Below are positions 57,926 through 64,000 of a stretch of DNA of 64,000 nucleotides, in pieces (position 1 is the stretch's first letter; every line of letters begins with the position of its first letter). The notes below the pieces were generated by a model. It was given only the letters and a program-made list of their open reading frames with translations. It was not told the origin of the DNA and made no database searches. The position numbers were made by a program, and so were the translations under genes. The DNA comes from Leucoraja erinacea (lineage: Eukaryota): contig NC_073401.1 of assembly GCF_028641065.1 (NCBI RefSeq), positions 15,748,001-15,812,000 on the forward strand, read 5' to 3'.

Positions 57926-59084
57926 CAATAAAACACTCTGGACTCTTGAAATTTGAAAATGCACGCCTCTAGATCAGGGGACAATTTCTTCCCAGCTGTT
58001 TTCAGGCAATTGAACCATCCTATCACCAAATGGAGAGCAGTCCTGACCTACCATCTACCTCATTGGAGACCCTTGGACTAGTTTTAATTGGACTTTACCT
58101 TGCACCAAACATGATTCCCCATATCCTGTATCTGTACACTGTGGAGGGCTCGATTGTAATCATGTATTGTCTTTCCGCTGACTGGTTAACACTCAACAAA
58201 AGCTATTAACTGTACCTCTATAATAAACTAAGCTACATACAGGGTAAGTATAATCCAAGATTTAATACAGAGTGTATGGAAACAGTCCGCTGAATCCATA
58301 TGCAAGAGTTGCCACGTTTTGGTGCCATTTAACAGTCCCAACTGCAGCTGGCCATAAAGGCCCTTTGCAGCCGTTGCCTCCATCCGGCTATCCCGTCAAA
58401 CCACCGTCCCTCTCCTCACTCGGCCTCCTTCAGCCCTTATGCCCTGGGGGGGGGGGGGGGGGGGGGGGGGTCCTCCCGCAGCCGACCTCGAGGGTGCAGA
58501 AAGACCCCGGTTCTAGTTACTGGCCCTTTGTTACTCATTTCCGCTGCCGTCTCCGACTCCCTCTCCGGTCCTCGAGGTCGACCGGGGGCCCATTTAAGAA
58601 AATGCAAAGTTTAATTGTCATTTGTACCAAAAAATCTACAATGAAATGACTTCTTGCAGCAGCTTACAGGCCTGTAAACGCAGTGCTCTTAGATAACACA
58701 ATAAGCAAAAATTAATGTAAATTACAAAGATAAATCCAATATTTAGGTTTATTACTATCACCTGTATATAGATAGAGTGAAAAGCTTCCTTTTGCATGCT
58801 ATACCAAACAGATCAGATAATACAGAAACAAGAAACTGCAGATGCTGGTTTTCAGACAGTACTATACATAAAAGCAATCAAGTCAAACTCTAGTACAATA
58901 GGTAAAGCAATGGTGACGATTCAGAGTGCAGAATATACTCAGCTTTGTCTGTTTCGTAGACAAAGTCCAATGTCCGCAATGGGGCAGAGGTGAATCGGAC
59001 AGTACCCTAGCTTATTGATGCCCATCTGTCCAGGGGCATTGTACTGTGTTGCTGAAAACTAACTTCTCAATTCATTTCATTTAT

Positions 59085-60340
59085 GGAGACACAGGGAACT
59101 GCTGGTGCTGGAATCTTGAGCGAAACACAAAGTGATGGAGGGAACTCAGCAGGTCAGGTGGCATCTGGTGAGGGAAATGGACAGGCGGCGTTTTTGGGTC
59201 GGAACACTTGTTGTTGCCTGTCCATCCCCAGATGCTGCATGGCTCGCTGAGTTCCACCAGCACCCTATGTTTTATATAATATTACATTGTGTCAAATCAC
59301 TGTAAAGTCAGTCTTGTTACAGCTGGCAAAAACTGCTTTGATTTTTTACTATATACATCAGCCCAATAATAATATTATACTATGCATATTCTTCTGACAT
59401 TGCTTTGCAGTTTAACCGAGGCTGTATAAAGTCCTCAATCCGCATCAATATCACTATCATTCAGAGAATGGGTGTATTTAAGGACCTTTTAATTTGAGTA
59501 ATGGATGTCCATTTGATTAGTAATGTATGCATTTAATTCTACATTAATTAATATCCAGTTTTGCTTTAAGAAGGGACAGCATTTAATGTACTTGATTTTG
59601 GAAGTTTTGATGATAATGTCTTGAGTTGAGGTTTTGTCAGTCTGCGTGCAATATCTAGCAATCCCTGAACAAGGAAACAGAAGAAACTGCAGATGCTGGA
59701 ACCTTGAGAAAGTACTGGAGTAAATCAGTGGGTCAGGAAGCATCTCTAGAGAATATGGAGAGGTGATGTTTTGGGCTGGGACCCTTCAAACTGATTGTAG
59801 TTGGGGAAAGCTGGAAGAGAAGTGGGGACTCCCATCTATCCTATCCATGCCACTTCTAACTTGATAAACCTCTGAGATCTTCAGTGTCTGAAGAAGGGTC
59901 TGGACCCAAAACGTCACCTATAAATGTTCTCCAGAGGTGCTGCCTGACCTGCTGAGTTGCTCCGGTACTTTGTGTCCTTTTGTGAGAAACCTTTGATCCT
60001 CGTTGTATCCCATCTGCCACCCCCAATGAAGAAGGGTTCCAACCCAAAACGTCACCTTTTCCTTTGCTCCAGAGATGCTGCCTGACCTGCTGAGTCCGAG
60101 CCAACCAGCGATTCCTGCACATTAACACTATCCTGCACAATAGGGACAATTTAGAACTTAGCCTACAATCCTGCATGTCTTTGGAGTGGAGTGGGAGGAA
60201 AATGGAGTACCCAGAGAAAACCCACACAGCCACAGGGAGAACGTACAAACTCTGTACAGACAGCACCTGTAGTCGGGATCGAACCTGGATCTCTGGTGCT
60301 GTAAGGCAGCAACTCTACCGCTGCACAAATGTGCCGCCCC
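59085..60340. mobile_element. Cluster of Penelope-like short repeats in both orientations and a minus-strand HE1-type SINE (~60100-60340)
   Basis: ctgaagaagggtctggacccaaaacgtcacc (59888), gaagaagggttccaacccaaaacgtcacc (~60028); gggatcgaacctgg is the B box on the minus strand. Confidence 0.7.
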
Positions 60341-60829
60341 AGTCCCTTTTGTCCATGTTTGGACCATGTCCCACTAAACCTGTACAACAGACTCTGGCAT
60401 GGAAGGACAAAATGCTACAATTGCTCATATGGTGATTTTAAATTGGAGTATCCATGGCATGTCAGGCTGCCTTGATGTACTAATGATTGCAGTGGAGGGC
60501 AGATAATGGACAATCAAAAGGAATTACAAACTAAAATAATGCAAAAAACAAACCCGCAAATGTTCCTGAAGTGATGTCACTGCAAAAGTGCCGACTGTTG
60601 AAAAAAAACACTTGAAATGCAATTGGAATTTGAATAGTGAGGAATTTGGATGTATTTTGCTTGTTGAGTTTGCACTTTAACTGCTGGCGTGACTCAGCGA
60701 CTATCTGCTTGAATATGTGTCCGTGAGCACTATTTCCATGACAGCGACCTAATCATTTGCGTGCTTATACTGCAGTTTGTCGATCACTGGCCAAAAGTAC
60801 CTTGTTGCTAAATCGGGAAGTTAACCTGC

Positions 60830-61300
60830 AGGTGTGTCAAGAGTGTTTAATTGTCATCTGTTCCAGCAATAGAACAATGACATTCCCCCAAGCTGCAGCT
60901 TTACAGGCCTGTAAATGCAGTCACACGTAAATTAATATAAAGGAATCAGAAATGCAATAACCTGATAATCAGTACGACTAGATAATCAGACCATAACAGT
61001 ACAAAACCAATGTCCAAAGTTCAATCAAACCAAAATCCATGGTAGATCATAGTTGTTGAGGTAGAGGTTATTATTGTACAGTGTTTAAGAGCCTGATGGT
61101 TGTTTGGGAAGAAGCTGTTCTTGAACATGGAGGTCATGGTTTTCAGGCTCCAGTACCTTCTTCCTGATGATCGAAGCAAGATGAGAACATGGCCAAGGTG
61201 GTGTGGGTCTTTGATGTTAGCTGTCTTTTTGAAGCAGCTGCTGTGCATCCACTGTAGAAGGCAGCAAGCCTGCCTGATGTTAATTGCCGACTGCAGCCGG
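60830..61300 (-). mobile_element. Rex/Babar-like LINE 3' end
   Basis: IKDPHHLGHVLILLRSSGRRYWSLKTMTSMFKNSFFP. Confidence 0.8.
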
Positions 61301-61537
61301 TGCTCTGGAACTCTGGCCCGGCTGGAACTGGCAGATCCATTCCCATAGCCGACTTTGCCGGCCGGTATCTCAGCCCCCCCCCCCAGGCCATGACCTTTGT
61401 TGATCCAGCAAATCAGATAACCAAGCAAGGCTCTGGAACTGAGTGGTGGGCCTGTATTTGTGGTCAATGCCTGAACTATGCTGTTGTTACCCACAGTCCT
61501 ATTATTCATGGACCCTTATGATTTGAACCACAATATA

Positions 61538-61838
61538 AGGGCGGCACTGTGGCGCAGTGGTAGAGTTGTTGCCTTTGCAGTGCCAGCGACCCGGGCTCGA
61601 TCCTGTCCATGGGTTCTGTCTGGACGGAGTTTCTACATTCTACCTGTGATGGCGTGGGTTTTCTCCAGGTGCTCAGGTTTCCTATCACACTCCAAAGACA
61701 TGCAGATTTGTAGGTTAATTAGCTGCTGTAAGTTGTCCCTAGTGTGAACCATAGTGCTTGTGTACAGGGTGATTGCTGGTCGGCGCTGACTCGGTGGGCC
61801 AAAGACCCTGTTTCCACGCTATATCTCTAAAGTCTATA
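61538..61838 (+). mobile_element. Near full-length HE1-type SINE
   Basis: A box TGGCGCAGTGG, B box GGCTCGATCC, core ggagtttctacattct...ccaaagacatgcag, tail gtgggccaaagaccctgtttcc. Confidence 0.85.
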
Positions 61839-61904
61839 ACTCATCAAAAGTATCTTTCAGATGTTGAATGGTAACAAACCTATGTCGTATCTTTGAGCAT
61901 TTTG

Positions 61905-62100
61905 TAGTCTGGAGAAAAGTCCCAACCCAAAACATCACCTAATAATGATCTCTAGAGATGCTGCCTGACCCGCTGAGTTACTCTAGCACTTTGTGTCTTT
62001 CCTTGGTTTGAAGAAGGGTCCCGACCCAAAATGTCACCTGTCCATGTTCTCCTGAGATGCTGCCTGACCCACTGACTTATTCCAGCACTCTGTGTATTTT
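61905..62100 (+). mobile_element. Two tandem Penelope-like short repeats
   Basis: gagatgctgcctgaccc...ctgaSttaYtcYagcact repeated twice. Confidence 0.65.
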
Positions 62101-63064
62101 CCTGAGTATTAATCTGTCCTTTCAAATGGAGGTTCTGGTATTTTTCCATGCTACAGAAACAACTGACGAGGAAGAAGACTGTTGATTTGTTTTGTGCTTT
62201 GACTTTGCTCTTCCTGGGGCTAAATTTGAAATGGTGCCAAAGATGCTTTTTAATCTTAAAGATCAAGTATGCGCTGAGAGGTTTATGACGTTGCCCTTGG
62301 TTGTTTTGGTTTGCAGCTCCTTTGTCTGCGACCTCGGCTTTCCTCTGTGAAAAGATTAGCATCTTGGCAACTTTACTCATTTAATGACTGCTTCAATAGG
62401 AGAGTGGCAAATGTAAGGTTCAACTAATTAACACGATTCAGACAAGCTTGTAGCAATTTGGAAGGTTAATTGCAAGGTTATTTGTACTGCAGGTACTGGT
62501 ATTTTTTTTTGGGGGGGGGGGGGGGAGTAATTTATACCTGTTATTATTATACCACTAATCCTACATGAGAAACTGAGATGCAAGCATGTAAGCAAATGCT
62601 TGCTTAGTGGGGTTGGCTGTTGTCTAAACTTCTAATGTCGTTTTTTAAAAATTGTATGTTCAGAAATTTGTTCAGCAGTATGTAATTCAGTATCTAGGTT
62701 GTAGTTACATTTCCCTACCTCGATTACAGACATAACTCGCAATACAATGGTTAGTAATTGCCTAACAATCTCCAAAGAGAGAGAATGGAAACAGTCTCTT
62801 TGGCCCAGCAAGTCCATGCTCGCCATCAGCCACCCATTTACATCAATCCTGCACTAAGCATGAACAACGTACAGCAGGGAAACGGGATCCGTTGATCAAT
62901 ATGCCGCATCTACACTGGTCCCACCTGCCAGCGTTTGGCCCATATGTCTCTCCAAACCTTTCCTGCTAGGCTAATGATAGGTTAATTTAAATGTTTTCAT
63001 CTACTCCAACTTTATTCTCTCCATATTGTCATTATTTTCCCCCTCTCTTATGTGGATTTTGCTA

Positions 63065-63945
63065 GGACTCGAGAGACTGAGATGTAGGGAGAGATTTTAT
63101 AGAGGTATATAAAATCATGAGGAGAATAGATAAAGTTAATGCACAGAGACTTGTATCCATGGTTGGGGAATCAAATACCAGAGGGCATAGGTTTAAGGTG
63201 AGAGGGGAAATATTTAATAGGAACGTGAGGGACAACTCTATTTCACATATACCAGTGTGTATATGGGACGAGCTGCTAGAGGAGATGGTTAATGCAGGTA
63301 CTTATAACAGCATTTAAAAGACACTTGGACAGATACATGGATAGGAAATGTATAAAGGGATATGGGGCAAGCTATGATGGGGCATTTTGGTTGGCATGGA
63401 AAAGTTGGGCCAAAGGGCCTGTTCCTACTCTGTGACCTTGCTCCAGATTCGCACAGTGACGCTAAACAGTCCTTAATCTATTTTGAGGCTTAACTTGTTT
63501 CAGATTAGCTTTAACCTCATTTTGTCTTTGACTTTTTATTATACGAGAAATTTGTTATAACGTCGTCAAATGTTATCAAACTCGCAGCGAATAGAATTTG
63601 TAGCTGCAAATAATAAATGTTGCCTCTCTGATAACAAACTCTCAAACAAGAGGACATGACTTCAGAATTAAGGGACAGAAGTTTAGGGGTAATATGAGGG
63701 GGAACTTCTTTACGCAGAGAGTGGTGGCGGTGTGGAATGAGCTCCCAGTGGAAGTGGTGGAGGCAGGTTCATTGGTATCATTTAAAAATAAATTGGATAG
63801 GCATATGGATGAGAAGGGAATGGAGGGTTATGGTACGAGTGCAGGCAGGTGGGACTAAGGGGAAAAAAATTTGTTCGGCATGGACTTGTAGGGCCGAGAT
63901 GGCCTGTTTCCGTGCTGTAATTGTTATATGGTTATATGGTTATAT
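63065..63945 (+). mobile_element. Two CR1 LINE 3' fragments (~63065-63435, ~63650-63945)
   Basis: TRGHRFKVRG motif; ttctttacgcagagagtggtggcggtgtggaatgagctccc; (GTTATATG)n tail. Confidence 0.8.
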
Positions 63946-64000
63946 GTATAGATCCATGCAGAACAATCAATTTTTTTAATTGATTTTTATCATCGTTATC

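Noticed and set aside
61538-61620. tRNA-like A/B boxes (also at 25275 and 44503)
   Set aside because: They continue into SINE body and LINE-derived tail and form no complete cloverleaf, so they are SINE heads rather than tRNA genes
55061-64000. Further GAS2L1 exons (GAR domain)
   Set aside because: No matching peptide or convincing splice pair found; the region is mostly repeats, so the next exon probably lies beyond the window

Overview
Vertebrate genomic DNA, most likely from a cartilaginous fish (skate/ray-like), judged from HE1-type SINEs, HER1/CR1 LINEs and gene divergence; the species is inferred. The window holds the conserved RHBDD3-EWSR1-GAS2L1 block. RHBDD3 is on the minus strand (5 coding exons, 437 aa, one U12-type intron) and sits head-to-head with EWSR1 across a CpG-island promoter. 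EWSR1 is on the plus strand (17 coding exons, 655 aa). The first coding exon of GAS2L1 follows on the plus strand. The flanks are dense in CR1, Rex/Babar, SINE, Penelope-like and DNA-transposon fragments, and there is one 182-N gap. The most interesting signals are non-coding and lie inside EWSR1: an intron-8 alternative last exon whose sequence, but not reading frame, matches the human short isoform; an AG|GTAAGT site just upstream of it; a 15-nt neural-type microexon; and an ~82-nt hairpin-bearing repeat in intron 9. Also notable are TSD-flanked short retroelements carrying a minimal hammerhead-like motif. Human comparisons are from memory and need alignment. I found no clearly new protein-coding system.
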